DNA of 64,000 nucleotides from an uncultured Verrucomicrobiae bacterium (GTDB taxonomy: Bacteria > Verrucomicrobiota > Verrucomicrobiia > Chthoniobacterales > UBA10450). The notes beneath the pieces are model-generated. The model was not told where the DNA came from, ran no database searches, and saw only the letters and a list, made by a program, of their open reading frames with translations. A program made the translations under genes and the position numbers. The stretch is from the NCBI GenBank assembly GCA_963801815.1, contig CAWDGJ010000003.1, forward strand, positions 544,001 to 608,000, given 5' to 3'. Positions 11,684-21,217 of the stretch are shown piece after piece. Position 1 is the stretch's first letter, and every line of letters begins with the position of its first letter.

Positions 11684-13006
11684 ATGAAGGTTCAGGTGGA
11701 AAAAAAGCCCGAGTCAGTCTCGACGTTGAAGATCGAGCTGCCGGCGGACGAAGTTTCGAAAGAGTGGGACGCGATCGCGACCAGTTTCGCGCGGTTCGCC
11801 AAAATACCGGGCTATCGGCCAGGCAAAGCGCCACGAGCGGTCGTCGATAAACGATTTCGAAAAGAGATCCAGGAAGAGGTCACTAAGAAACTGGTTTCGA
11901 AAAGTTATCACGAAGCGATTGAGCAGAAGAAATTGCGGGTCGCGTCGCTGACGAATCTGGAAGACGTCCAGTTTGGCGATGACAAATCGATGCGGTTCCA
12001 GGCGACAGTGGTGACTGCGCCGGAATTTAAGTTGCCCGACTACAAGGATATTTCCGTCCAACTACCGGACATGAAAGTCTCGGAAACCGAAATTAACGCG
12101 ACGCTCGAGCGCTTGCGCGACCAAACAGCGGATTTTGTCGACGCTCCGGATCGTCCGGCGCAGATGGACGATTTCGTGGTGATCGATTTTGAGGGGACGG
12201 TCGACGGAAAACCGATCAGTGAAGTCGCGCCGAGCGCGAGCAAGAATTTGCATGGCGGCAAGAAATTCTGGCTGCGACTCGCGCCGGACAATTTTCTGCC
12301 GAAGTTTTGCGAACAAATCGTTGGTCAGAAAAAAGACGAGAGCCGGACGCTCCCAGTCGACTTTCCGGGGGACTTCCTAGTCAAAGAGCTGACCGGGAAA
12401 CAGGCGAGCTACGATGTGACGTTGCGCGAGATTAAAGACAAAGTCCTGCCTGAGGTGAATGACGAGTTCGCGGCCAAACTGTTACCTGGCAAAACCCTCG
12501 CGGAACTGCGTCATCAGATCGAGCACGATCTCGAGCATGAGAAAGAGCATCAAGTGGAGCATGCGAAAGAAGAGCAAATCATCAAATTCCTCCACGAGAA
12601 AACAAAGTTCGACGTGCCGCCGCCACTGTTGCGAAACGAAACCAAACGCGCGCTTACGGAGCTGGTCCAACGCAACCGTGCTCGCGGAATTCCGGACGAA
12701 ATGTTAAAGGAAAAGGAAAAAGAACTGATCGAGACCGCAGGAAGCGTCGCTTATCATCGACTGAAGACGAACTTCATTCTCGAGCGTATCGCGGAGCAGG
12801 AGAAGATCGAGGTCACTCGTGAAGATGCGGATCTTCGGATTCGTCAGGAAGCGCAGCGCTACAACATTTCGAGCGACAAGATGCGCAAGGAACTTGAAGA
12901 ACACGATGGACTTAACGCGCTGGCGGAACAAATACTGCTGGCTAAGACTCTTGATTTCCTAAAGGCGAATGTTAGCGTCCAACCGATTTCGGAAGAGAAG
13001 ACATGA
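11684..13006 (+). CDS. tig: Trigger factor
   Basis: [10 protein letters not shown] ribosome-binding signature, FKBP domain, position upstream of clpP-clpX. Confidence 0.95.
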   Translation: MKVQVEKKPESVSTLKIELPADEVSKEWDAIATSFARFAKIPGYRPGKAPRAVVDKRFRKEIQEEVTKKLVSKSYHEAIEQKKLRVASLTNLEDVQFGDDKSMRFQATVVTAPEFKLPDYKDISVQLPDMKVSETEINATLERLRDQTADFVDAPDRPAQMDDFVVIDFEGTVDGKPISEVAPSASKNLHGGKKFWLRLAPDNFLPKFCEQIVGQKKDESRTLPVDFPGDFLVKELTGKQASYDVTLREIKDKVLPEVNDEFAAKLLPGKTLAELRHQIEHDLEHEKEHQVEHAKEEQIIKFLHEKTKFDVPPPLLRNETKRALTELVQRNRARGIPDEMLKEKEKELIETAGSVAYHRLKTNFILERIAEQEKIEVTREDADLRIRQEAQRYNISSDKMRKELEEHDGLNALAEQILLAKTLDFLKANVSVQPISEEKT

Positions 13007-13683
13007 ACGACAGTAACGAAAATCGATCGCAATCGATCCTGATTCCGATGGTGGTCGAACAGACCGGCCGGGGCGAACGCAGTTACGACATTTACTCGCG
13101 TTTGCTGAAGGACCGCATCGTTTTCATCGGAACGGCAATCGATGATCACGTGGCAAACCTCGTAATCGCGCAGTTGCTCTTTCTGCAAATGGAAGACTCG
13201 AAGAAGGACATCAGCATCTACATCAACTCCGGCGGCGGCGTTGTGACCGCTGGACTTGCGATTTACGACACGATGCAGTTTTTAACGTGCGACGTGACAA
13301 CTTACTGCCTCGGAATGGCTGCGAGCATGGCTGCCGTTTTGTTGTGCGCGGGGACCAAAGGCAAGCGATTCGCACTTCCGAATTCCGACATCATGATCCA
13401 CCAGGTTTCGGGCGGCGCGCAGGGACAAGCGAGCGATGTTGAACGCCAGGTCGATTACATGTTCAAACTCAAGAAGAGGATCATTAAGATTATTTCGAAG
13501 CACACAGGTAAACCAGAAGACCAGGTCCGGCTTGATTCGGATCGCGATTATTATATGTCGGCTCAGGAAGCGAAGGCCTACGGTCTTGTGGATGAAGTGA
13601 TCAAATCTCGCAAGGAAGTGAAAGGGTTGGATGGCGCACATTCGGGCGAGTCGGAGCGCAGCGGCCGGAAATCGGAGGAATAG
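13003..13683 (+). CDS. clpP: ATP-dependent Clp protease proteolytic subunit
   Basis: [31 protein letters not shown]. Confidence 0.97.
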   Translation: MNDSNENRSQSILIPMVVEQTGRGERSYDIYSRLLKDRIVFIGTAIDDHVANLVIAQLLFLQMEDSKKDISIYINSGGGVVTAGLAIYDTMQFLTCDVTTYCLGMAASMAAVLLCAGTKGKRFALPNSDIMIHQVSGGAQGQASDVERQVDYMFKLKKRIIKIISKHTGKPEDQVRLDSDRDYYMSAQEAKAYGLVDEVIKSRKEVKGLDGAHSGESERSGRKSEE

Positions 13684-13709
13684 AAGCTGCTCCCCTTGAG
13701 GGCCAAAAT

Positions 13710-14990
13710 ATGGCGCGCGCGACGAACCTGACGATGTGCTCCTTCTGTGGCAAAAGCCACGCCGAGGTTCGCAAACTCATCGCTGGACCGGGCGTTTATA
13801 TTTGCGACAGCTGTATCAACGTTTGCAAAAGCATTCTCGACAAAGAACTGAACGAGGACGCGCGACGGCAATCGTCGAACATTCGTGTCCCGAAGCCAGT
13901 GGAGATCCGGCGCGCGCTCGACCAATATGTGATTGGGCAAGACGTCGCCAAGAAAACGCTTTCAGTCGCGGTCCACAATCATTTCAAGCGGGTGTTACAG
14001 GCTTCCGCCCCGGCCGATTCTTCCGCCGCGTTCCAACCCGACCCGCTGGCCGATGTTGAAATCGAAAAGAGCAATATTCTTCTCATTGGCCCGACTGGTT
14101 CCGGCAAGACGCTGCTCGCCAAAACCCTAGCGCGCATTCTCGATGTTCCATTTTGCATCGCCGACGCGACCACGCTCACCGAGGCAGGCTATGTTGGCGA
14201 GGACGTTGAGAACATCATTTTGCGATTGCTCCAAAACGCCGACTACGACGTGAAGCGCGCCGAAATCGGCATCGTTTATATCGACGAGATCGACAAGATT
14301 GGTCGCAAAACGGACAACGTGTCGATCACGCGCGACGTGTCTGGCGAAGGCGTTCAGCAAGCGCTGCTGAAAATTCTGGAAGGATCGACATGCAACGTTC
14401 CACCGCAAGGCGGGCGCAAACATCCGCACCAGGAATACATTCAGGTCAACACCGAGAAAATTTTGTTCATCTGCGGCGGCGCGTTCATCGGCCTGGACAA
14501 GATCATTCAAAAACGAATCGGTCAAAAAGTCATGGGCTTCGGAGGTCCAACGATTGAGGTCGAGGAAGCGTCGCGCAAGGAAGCAATCCGGCACGTCGAA
14601 CCGGAAGACCTGCTCGCGTTTGGAATGATTCCGGAGTTCATCGGCCGCTTGCCGGTGGTGAGCTCGCTCGACGCGCTCACAGAAGAAGAGATGGTCGCAA
14701 TCCTGACCGAAACCAAGAACGCGATGATCAAGCAATACACCAAGCTTTTCTCAATGGAAGGTGTTCGACTGACGGTGACCAAAGATGCATTGCGGGCACT
14801 CGCGGCCCAATCGGTCACCAAGGGAACCGGCGCTCGCGCGCTGCGTTCAATGCTCGAGCGGATCATGCTCGACATCATGTACGATGTGCCGAGCCGCGAA
14901 GACATCGCCGAGGTCACGATTAATCGCGCGGTGGTCGAAGGCAAAAAGCTTCCGCTGATTCGCAAGAAGCAGGATAAAGACGCAGCCTAG
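13710..14990 (+). CDS. clpX: ATP-dependent Clp protease ATP-binding subunit
   Basis: CSFCGK zinc finger, [28 protein letters not shown]. Confidence 0.97.
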   Translation: MARATNLTMCSFCGKSHAEVRKLIAGPGVYICDSCINVCKSILDKELNEDARRQSSNIRVPKPVEIRRALDQYVIGQDVAKKTLSVAVHNHFKRVLQASAPADSSAAFQPDPLADVEIEKSNILLIGPTGSGKTLLAKTLARILDVPFCIADATTLTEAGYVGEDVENIILRLLQNADYDVKRAEIGIVYIDEIDKIGRKTDNVSITRDVSGEGVQQALLKILEGSTCNVPPQGGRKHPHQEYIQVNTEKILFICGGAFIGLDKIIQKRIGQKVMGFGGPTIEVEEASRKEAIRHVEPEDLLAFGMIPEFIGRLPVVSSLDALTEEEMVAILTETKNAMIKQYTKLFSMEGVRLTVTKDALRALAAQSVTKGTGARALRSMLERIMLDIMYDVPSREDIAEVTINRAVVEGKKLPLIRKKQDKDAA

Positions 14991-15010
14991 CGGCTGCCGT
15001 GGAAACGTTT

Positions 15011-15098
15011 CCGTTAAATCGTTACGGCGGAAATCCCGTTGTAACCTTGTAACATTTTAACGAAGCACGTTCGTTTTCCGTTGTAACGATGTAACGTT
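15011..15098. repeat. Degenerate octamer repeats (TTGTAACG/TTTAACGA-like)
   Basis: CCGTTGTAACCTTGTAACATTTTAACG...CCGTTGTAACGATGTAACG between clpX and cinA. Confidence 0.5.
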
Positions 15099-15119
15099 TT
15101 GGCGAATTACGTCTTACCC

Positions 15120-16355
15120 ATGCGCACGGTTCTTCTCAACACCGGCACGGAGCTTTTGGCCGGCGATGTGCACGACACGCATCTGGCTTTCATCGCGCGT
15201 GAAATCTTTTCGCTCGGATTGCGAATTGAGGAACGGCGGACGGTTGGTGACGGCGCGGTGATCGGCCAAACTTTGAAGGAATTGTTTTCGCGTGGGGAAA
15301 TAATTTTCGTTACAGGAGGACTGGGGCCGACGAGCGATGACATCACCCGCGATGTTGTGGCCGAGTTACTTAGCTTGAAACTGGAAGAGAACGCGGAGTT
15401 GCTCTCATCTCTGAGAGAGCGACTAAAGGTGCGCGGAATCAAATGGGTCTCAAGCATTGCGCGGCAGGCGCAGGTTCCCTTCGGTGCTCAAATTCTTCCA
15501 AACGAAAATGGCAGCGCCTCGGGTTTGTATTTGAACGCGAACATCAATCCGAGGATGTCGTCGCCACACATTTTTCTTTTGCCCGGCCCGCCCCGCGAAC
15601 TGCAACCGATGTTTCGAAAATCGGTGATGCCGATCCTGGGTTCGATTGTTGAAGCGCCGCGGATCGAACGCCGTTTCTACAAGATTGCAGTCATGGGCGA
15701 ATCCGTGGTCGAGGAAAAGATTGGAAAGAAAATTCTCGCAATTCCCAATATCGAGCTCGGTTATTGCGCGAGACCGGGTGAAGTCGACGTGCGGATGATT
15801 GGTTCGCATACGGCACTCGATCAGGCGGACCAGATTGTTCGCGCTGAACTCGGGGACGTTATTTTTGCCAGCGACGACGAAACTCTTGAAGAAGTTTTGG
15901 TGCAGTTGCTGACGACAAGGAAGCAAACGCTGGCAACAGCTGAATCGTGCACTGGGGGATTGCTCGCAAACCGGATCACGAATGTTCCGGGTGCGTCGGA
16001 CGTTTTCGTTGCCGGCTACGTGACGTATGCGAACGAAGCGAAAATCGACCTCCTGAGTGTCGATCCGAGGTTGATCGAGCAAAATGGCGCAGTCAGCGAA
16101 GAAGTGGCGCGGGCGATGGCCGAAGGCGCTCGTAAACGCGCCAGATCGACATACGCCGTGGCAACAACCGGAATCGCGGGACCGGCCGGGGGCTCGGAGG
16201 AAAAGCCTGTGGGAACGGTTTATATCGCGCTCACGGACGAGAACGAGACGAAGATCAGGAAATTATTTTTCCCCAGCGACCGCGAAACATTCAAGCAACT
16301 CGTCGCCCAGGTCGCGTTTGAAATGTTGCGTCGAAAGCTAATGGCCGACGCATAA
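15120..16355 (+). CDS. cinA: Competence/damage-inducible protein A (molybdopterin-binding domain + NMN deamidase PncC)
   Basis: GTELLAG, TGGLGPTSDDIT, LPGPPREL, AESCTGG, TGIAGP. Confidence 0.93.
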   Translation: MRTVLLNTGTELLAGDVHDTHLAFIAREIFSLGLRIEERRTVGDGAVIGQTLKELFSRGEIIFVTGGLGPTSDDITRDVVAELLSLKLEENAELLSSLRERLKVRGIKWVSSIARQAQVPFGAQILPNENGSASGLYLNANINPRMSSPHIFLLPGPPRELQPMFRKSVMPILGSIVEAPRIERRFYKIAVMGESVVEEKIGKKILAIPNIELGYCARPGEVDVRMIGSHTALDQADQIVRAELGDVIFASDDETLEEVLVQLLTTRKQTLATAESCTGGLLANRITNVPGASDVFVAGYVTYANEAKIDLLSVDPRLIEQNGAVSEEVARAMAEGARKRARSTYAVATTGIAGPAGGSEEKPVGTVYIALTDENETKIRKLFFPSDRETFKQLVAQVAFEMLRRKLMADA

Positions 16356-16398
16356 TAGCGTGCAACCTGGTGTGGTCTCGCGGGATTCGGGATGACTA

Positions 16399-16995
16399 TT
16401 AGAAATTGCCGACGTCGACCGGTGTGCCGACCTTGGCGTGATCGTAGAACAATTTCGCGCCGTCGACTGATTCACGAACGCACCCGTGGGATGCTGCGTA
16501 GCCGGGCAAGATCCCGATGTGCATTCCAACGCCTTCACTGGTGAGACGCAGGAACCATTTCATCGCCGCGCCGGCAAAATGCGTCCCGCTCGGCGCAGAA
16601 TCGATGTGAGCGCTAACACCCGCACGCACGACGCGACCTGAACCATCGACGAAATCCCCATAAATGCTCGAGTGGTGGTTGGGATCCTTCTCCATGACAT
16701 TGAAATGCCCCAGCGGCGTTTCGTGTCCGCGCTTGCCTGAGGAAATCGGTCCGTCCGCCACGATTTCCTCACCGATCATCAAATAGGCGCGTTGTTTTGG
16801 AATGGAAACGACAATGTGAGTGTTGTCCTGCGTCGCCTGGGCGAGCAGTTTCTGGTTCACCTTCAATGGCGCCTGCCTTTGAATCATCTCGCTCGGTTTC
16901 TTCATCTTCGGACCGAACAACTGCGCGTGGGCGAGACCCACCGTCGCAATCGCAAGAACGACGATGCCGAATTTGAGCAGGCGCAAGCGTTTCAT
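16399..16995 (-). CDS. L,D-transpeptidase family protein
   Basis: PISSGKRGHETPLGHF, GMHIGILPGYAASHGCVR; signal peptide. Confidence 0.88.
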   Translation of the reverse strand: MKRLRLLKFGIVVLAIATVGLAHAQLFGPKMKKPSEMIQRQAPLKVNQKLLAQATQDNTHIVVSIPKQRAYLMIGEEIVADGPISSGKRGHETPLGHFNVMEKDPNHHSSIYGDFVDGSGRVVRAGVSAHIDSAPSGTHFAGAAMKWFLRLTSEGVGMHIGILPGYAASHGCVRESVDGAKLFYDHAKVGTPVDVGNF

Positions 16996-17819
16996 GAATT
17001 TTGGTTGTAAGTGCGGACCCGATTCAACCAGCCAGGCAGCCAGCGGGTTTCGTGTCGTTCTGGCGGAGAATTTTGCACGCGCCGGCGCAGAATTGCAGCT
17101 GCAGAATTCGCGAATTCCCGAGTCGCGGCCGGGCCGGCTCCGGTGCCGTGCATCTGTTCGAGCACTTGCAGCAATCCCCAGCCCTGGCCGTTATAACGTT
17201 CGGTTTGCAACACGCCTTCGCCTTTAAAGTTCACGTAATCGACCAATGCATAGCAGCCGTGAGGCGTGCTGGCAACGCGCGTGAATTGTCTCTCGACATT
17301 AGTGCCTTCGTTCGGGGCGGCTTGATTGAGCATCTTGGCGAGCGATTGCTGCAAACGCGTCACCAAAAATTGCGCCTGAAGATCGACCGTGTGTGCGAGG
17401 AACTGCCGTAATTCGCGCATGGGCGCAGAATCTTGGGCGCTGGAAAATTCGGCGCGCGAACTCCACGGACAAAATGTCGCCTGATTCAACCAAACCGGCA
17501 CAGTGGCATTACGTTCGCGCGCAAACTCCAGGAATTTGGGAAAGCTTTCTTCAAACGGACCGCGCATGCCTTTCGGATACCAAATAAAATGCCCGATTCC
17601 AAGGGAAGCGAAATCTTCGCCGGCATTCCACGAAGTGAGCCCGGCGATCGTTCCATTGCACTCGTTCTGCCAGATGCGTTTTCCAATGTGAACGGCGTCA
17701 GCCTTGGAAATATTGACTGGGGCCGCTGCCTCGCCGATAGCGGGCAGCAACACTAAAAGCGCCCCAACCGCCAGGATGCGATGGACGTGATGATCGGTTG
17801 ACGAGCGCTGTTTCTCCAC
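16992..17819 (-). CDS. Secreted hypothetical protein, candidate lysozyme-like fold
   Basis: Signal peptide; NEC...SLGIGHF, ALVDYVNFKGEGV, GWLNRV; overlaps the L,D-transpeptidase gene by 4 nt. Confidence 0.65.
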   Translation of the reverse strand: MEKQRSSTDHHVHRILAVGALLVLLPAIGEAAAPVNISKADAVHIGKRIWQNECNGTIAGLTSWNAGEDFASLGIGHFIWYPKGMRGPFEESFPKFLEFARERNATVPVWLNQATFCPWSSRAEFSSAQDSAPMRELRQFLAHTVDLQAQFLVTRLQQSLAKMLNQAAPNEGTNVERQFTRVASTPHGCYALVDYVNFKGEGVLQTERYNGQGWGLLQVLEQMHGTGAGPAATREFANSAAAILRRRVQNSPPERHETRWLPGWLNRVRTYNQNS

Positions 17820-17882
17820 TAGCGTTGCAAACTTCTGCGCGATTCCCAGGTAAAGCGCAACCAGATTCGCAGACCCATTTTT

Positions 17883-18596
17883 ATGAAATCGATCATCCTT
17901 AGCATCGTTGCTTTGTCATTCGCGGCCAGCGCGTTCGGCGAAGACAAACCGGCCCAATTAAAAGACCAAAAGGACAAATTCAGTTATGCCATCGGCTTGA
18001 ACATCGGTATGAATTTCAAGCGACAGAATGTGGACGTGAACCCAGATCTCATCACCTCCGGAATCAAGGACGGGATCGCGGGCAAACCCCAGATGACAGT
18101 CGACCAGATCCGCGACACGATGGTCGCGGTCGAAAAAGAGATGCAAGCAAAACAGGCAGAGGCGGGAAAAAAGAACGAAGCCGACGCGAACAAGTTTCTG
18201 GCCGATAATAAAACTAAGGACGGCGTGAAAACGACCGCCAGCGGACTCCAATACAAGGTGTTGAAAGAGGGCAACGGCGCGCAGCCGAAGAGCAGCGACA
18301 CCGTGACGGTGAATTACCGCGGCACTCTGATCGATGGCACGGAGTTCGACAGCTCCTATAAACGTAACGAGCCTGCAACGTTTCCAGTCGCTGGTGTCAT
18401 CAAGGGATGGACCGAAGCGCTTCAGCTGATGAAGGTCGGCTCCAAATATCAGCTCTTTATTCCCCCAAACCTCGCTTATGGCCAAAATTCGCCAAGTCCG
18501 ACAATCCCGGCGAACTCGCTTTTGGTTTTCGAAGTCGAGCTGATGAAGGTGGAATCTCCTGGAGCCTCACCGGCGCCATCGCCTTCGGCGAAATAA
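17883..18596 (+). CDS. FKBP-type peptidyl-prolyl isomerase (FkpA/Mip family)
   Basis: SYAIG, TASGLQYKVLKEG, YRGTLIDGTEFDSS, VIKGWTEALQLM. Confidence 0.95.
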   Translation: MKSIILSIVALSFAASAFGEDKPAQLKDQKDKFSYAIGLNIGMNFKRQNVDVNPDLITSGIKDGIAGKPQMTVDQIRDTMVAVEKEMQAKQAEAGKKNEADANKFLADNKTKDGVKTTASGLQYKVLKEGNGAQPKSSDTVTVNYRGTLIDGTEFDSSYKRNEPATFPVAGVIKGWTEALQLMKVGSKYQLFIPPNLAYGQNSPSPTIPANSLLVFEVELMKVESPGASPAPSPSAK

Positions 18597-18611
18597 GGAG
18601 TTAACCGCAAG

Positions 18612-18974
18612 TCAGCGCGAGACGGTCGCCGTCTCCCAGGCGAGCAGCGGCGCGTCGCCCCACAAATCTTCCAGGCTGTAAAACGCGCGTTTGTCACGAT
18701 GGAAGATGTGGACGACGACTTCGAGATAATCGAGCACGATCCATTGGCTCGCCGGAAAACCGTCCACTGCTGCCGCGCGGCGGCCGTGGTCTTCCCGCAA
18801 TCGCGTTTCAATTTCATTCGCGATCGCCTTGAGCTGCGGTTCCGAGCTTGCTGAGCAGATCACGAAGAAATCGGTGAAGCTGGAGATGCCGGCGAGATCC
18901 AGAACAACAATGTCTTCGGCCTTCTTGTTCGAAGCGAGCTCGGCGCAGGTCGTGGCTAACTGTTTCGCGGTTAT
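18612..18974 (-). CDS. rsfS: Ribosome silencing factor RsfS (apparent ATA start)
   Basis: KKAEDIVVLDL...FTDFFVICSA, WIVLDY, FYSLEDLWGDA; follows nadD. Confidence 0.9.
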   Translation of the reverse strand: MTAKQLATTCAELASNKKAEDIVVLDLAGISSFTDFFVICSASSEPQLKAIANEIETRLREDHGRRAAAVDGFPASQWIVLDYLEVVVHIFHRDKRAFYSLEDLWGDAPLLAWETATVSR

Positions 18975-19540
18975 GTCGCTGACTCCCGGTAAAGTTTCTC
19001 CCGTCGAATGATTTCTTCCACGGCCTGCGGTACGAGATAGCGGATGGAGCGCCCGGACGCAACTCGGTTTCGAATCTCCGTCGCGGAGATGTCGATGTTG
19101 CGTCGCACCACCGGATAGTTGTGAACGGCCTTAGTGGCGCGGCCGCGATCGAGCACTACGAACTGGACAAGTTTCTCGAGCGCTTCAAACCGGTGCCATT
19201 TGTTCAGTCCGCTCACGTTGTCGGCGCCAATCAGCCAAAATAATTCTGCGTTCGGATCGCGTTCCCGGATTTGCAGCACGGTATCGATGCTGTAGGAGGG
19301 CGGCGGCCGTTTCAGTTCGCAATCGTCCACGATAAAATCCGCTTGCCCCTGGATTGCCGCGCGCAACATCGACAGTCGCACTTCGCCGCTCGCTTTGGCG
19401 GGCTCTTTCTTAAACGGGGATAGCGCAGCGGGAATGAAAATGAGCTGATCCAGTTTAAGCTCTTCGCAGGCTTGCCGGCTCAAAATCAGATGGCCGTGAT
19501 GGATCGGATCGAACGTACCGCCGTAGATGCCTATCTTCAA
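18971..19540 (-). CDS. nadD: Nicotinate-nucleotide adenylyltransferase
   Basis: GGTFDPIHHGH, LIGADN, ISATEIR. Confidence 0.95.
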   Translation of the reverse strand: MKIGIYGGTFDPIHHGHLILSRQACEELKLDQLIFIPAALSPFKKEPAKASGEVRLSMLRAAIQGQADFIVDDCELKRPPPSYSIDTVLQIRERDPNAELFWLIGADNVSGLNKWHRFEALEKLVQFVVLDRGRATKAVHNYPVVRRNIDISATEIRNRVASGRSIRYLVPQAVEEIIRREKLYRESAT

Positions 19541-19590
19541 CGAGCAACGCTTAACGCTGAACGCACAACCTTCAACGGCTAATTACAAGT

Positions 19591-19684
19591 TGTCATTCTG
19601 AGCGATAGCGAAGAATCTCTGATCTTTTACTGGCATCTTTCGAAAGCCGATAGTCAGAGATGTTTCGCTTTTCTCAACATGACA
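19591..19684. mobile_element. Palindromic MITE-like repeat, inverted copy of 9853-9933
   Basis: TGTCATTCTGAGCGATAGCGAAGAATCTCTGATC...GTCAGAGATGTTTCGCTTTTCTCAACATGACA. Confidence 0.7.
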
Positions 19685-19744
19685 GAACAGTGAAATCGGG
19701 CTTGGAGTTTGAACGTTTCCTTGGAACGTTGATGTTTTGATTAG

Positions 19745-19843
19745 ATGAAAAGCGGCAGTAATTCACTCGGTCAACTATTGAGTGCCGAAAAAGGTCGATC
19801 GTGCTCTCCGAGCGCGATGGTTAACGGTTGTTCGGAATTATGA
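19745..19843 (+). pseudogene. Stranded nagZ 5' end, copy 1, fused to a repeat (32-aa mini-ORF)
   Basis: MKSGSNSLGQLLS...; TGA overlaps the next ATG (ATGA). Confidence 0.65.
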
Positions 19844-20001
19844 GTGCTGATTCACTCGGTCAACTGATACTCGCTGCCGGAGGTGGATCGCGCGCTCCGT
19901 CGCGCGATGTTATTTTGGCGCCGAAGGCGCATTGTTTAGCATCGAGCAAGGGACTGCTCGATCCACCTTCGCTCAGCGTGGATAACGAACATGAAGAATG
20001 A
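19840..20001 (+). pseudogene. Stranded nagZ 5' end, copy 2, fused to a palindromic repeat (53-aa mini-ORF)
   Basis: MSADSLGQLILA...; AGGTGGATCG...CGATCCACCT repeat; stop lies just inside the nagZ 5' end. Confidence 0.65.
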
Positions 20002-21175
20002 TTCACTTGGCCAGCTCATCTTGTGCGGGGTTCCAGGAAAAGAACTCGACGCCGCCAGCGCGGAAATGTTCCGAAAAGTTCAGCCGGGCGGATTTATTCT
20101 TTTCGGCCGCAACATCGAGACCGCGCCGCAGTTGCGAAAACTGATCGACGATCTGCGCGATCTGAGTCAAATCGAGCCAATTATCACGATCGATCAGGAG
20201 GGCGGCCGCGTTTCGCGTCTGCGATTGATCGGCAGCGAGCCGCCGAATGCCCAGCAATTGCGCGACAAGGATGATATCAATCTTATCCGCCGGCACGGCG
20301 ACATTACCGGACGTTTATTGCGCGTTTTCGGATTCAATCTTGATCTTTGCCCCGTTCTGGACATTTCGTTCGACGACAATGCCGACAATTCGCTGCGTGG
20401 ACGTTGTTATGGCAAAACAGTCGAGCAAGTCGTCCGCAACGCGGGCGCGTTCAACGACGGGATGCGCAACCAGGGGATCGCGAGCTGCGGCAAGCATTTC
20501 CCCGGATACACCTGCGCGAAATCGGACGCGCATTACGAATTGCCGCGAATCGATCGCACTCGCGAAGAATTGGATGCAAATGAATTAGCCGTGTTTCGCG
20601 CATTCATAGGTAGCGGCAATGCCAGTCCGGCTCGGACTTCGCCGAGCCGCCAACAACCGCCAGTCCGGCTCGGACCGACTGACCCCAATCGCCCGGGGGT
20701 GGACAGCATGATGATTTGTCACGGCTGGTATCCGTGTCTCGAAAAAGAAAAGACGCCGGCGAGTTTGTCGCGTCGCGTGATCACCGATCTGCTTCGCAAC
20801 GAGTTCGGGTTCGACGGTCTTGTCATGACCGACGATCTCGACATGGGCGCAATTCTCAACGGCTACGGTCTGCAAGACACGATCTGTCTCGCAATCGATG
20901 CGGGAAACGATCTGGTGATGATTTGTCACAGGATTCCTGAAATCGAAAACGTCCGCAAGATTTTGGAGACGTTGCCGCCCGATCAAACCAATCGTGCCCT
21001 CGCCAGCGTCGCGAAGTTTAAGAAGACGATGAAACCGCCGCACGATTTTTCTGAAGCCGCCTTTCGTAAGATCGACAAGGAGATCTGGGACCTGCGCGTC
21101 GCGACTCTCGGAGAAGAACGCGCCAGACAACGCAGCGTCGAAGACGGCAAACGCTCGCCGGTGGAGACTTACTGA
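19991..21175 (+). CDS. nagZ: Beta-N-acetylhexosaminidase (GH3)
   Basis: GGFILFGRN, IDQEGGRVSRL, KHFPG, MTDDLDMGA. Confidence 0.9.
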   Translation: MKNDSLGQLILCGVPGKELDAASAEMFRKVQPGGFILFGRNIETAPQLRKLIDDLRDLSQIEPIITIDQEGGRVSRLRLIGSEPPNAQQLRDKDDINLIRRHGDITGRLLRVFGFNLDLCPVLDISFDDNADNSLRGRCYGKTVEQVVRNAGAFNDGMRNQGIASCGKHFPGYTCAKSDAHYELPRIDRTREELDANELAVFRAFIGSGNASPARTSPSRQQPPVRLGPTDPNRPGVDSMMICHGWYPCLEKEKTPASLSRRVITDLLRNEFGFDGLVMTDDLDMGAILNGYGLQDTICLAIDAGNDLVMICHRIPEIENVRKILETLPPDQTNRALASVAKFKKTMKPPHDFSEAAFRKIDKEIWDLRVATLGEERARQRSVEDGKRSPVETY

Positions 21176-21217
21176 AAGAGGTAGGCAAATCTTTTCGTAT
21201 AATTCTCGGCGCCATAA

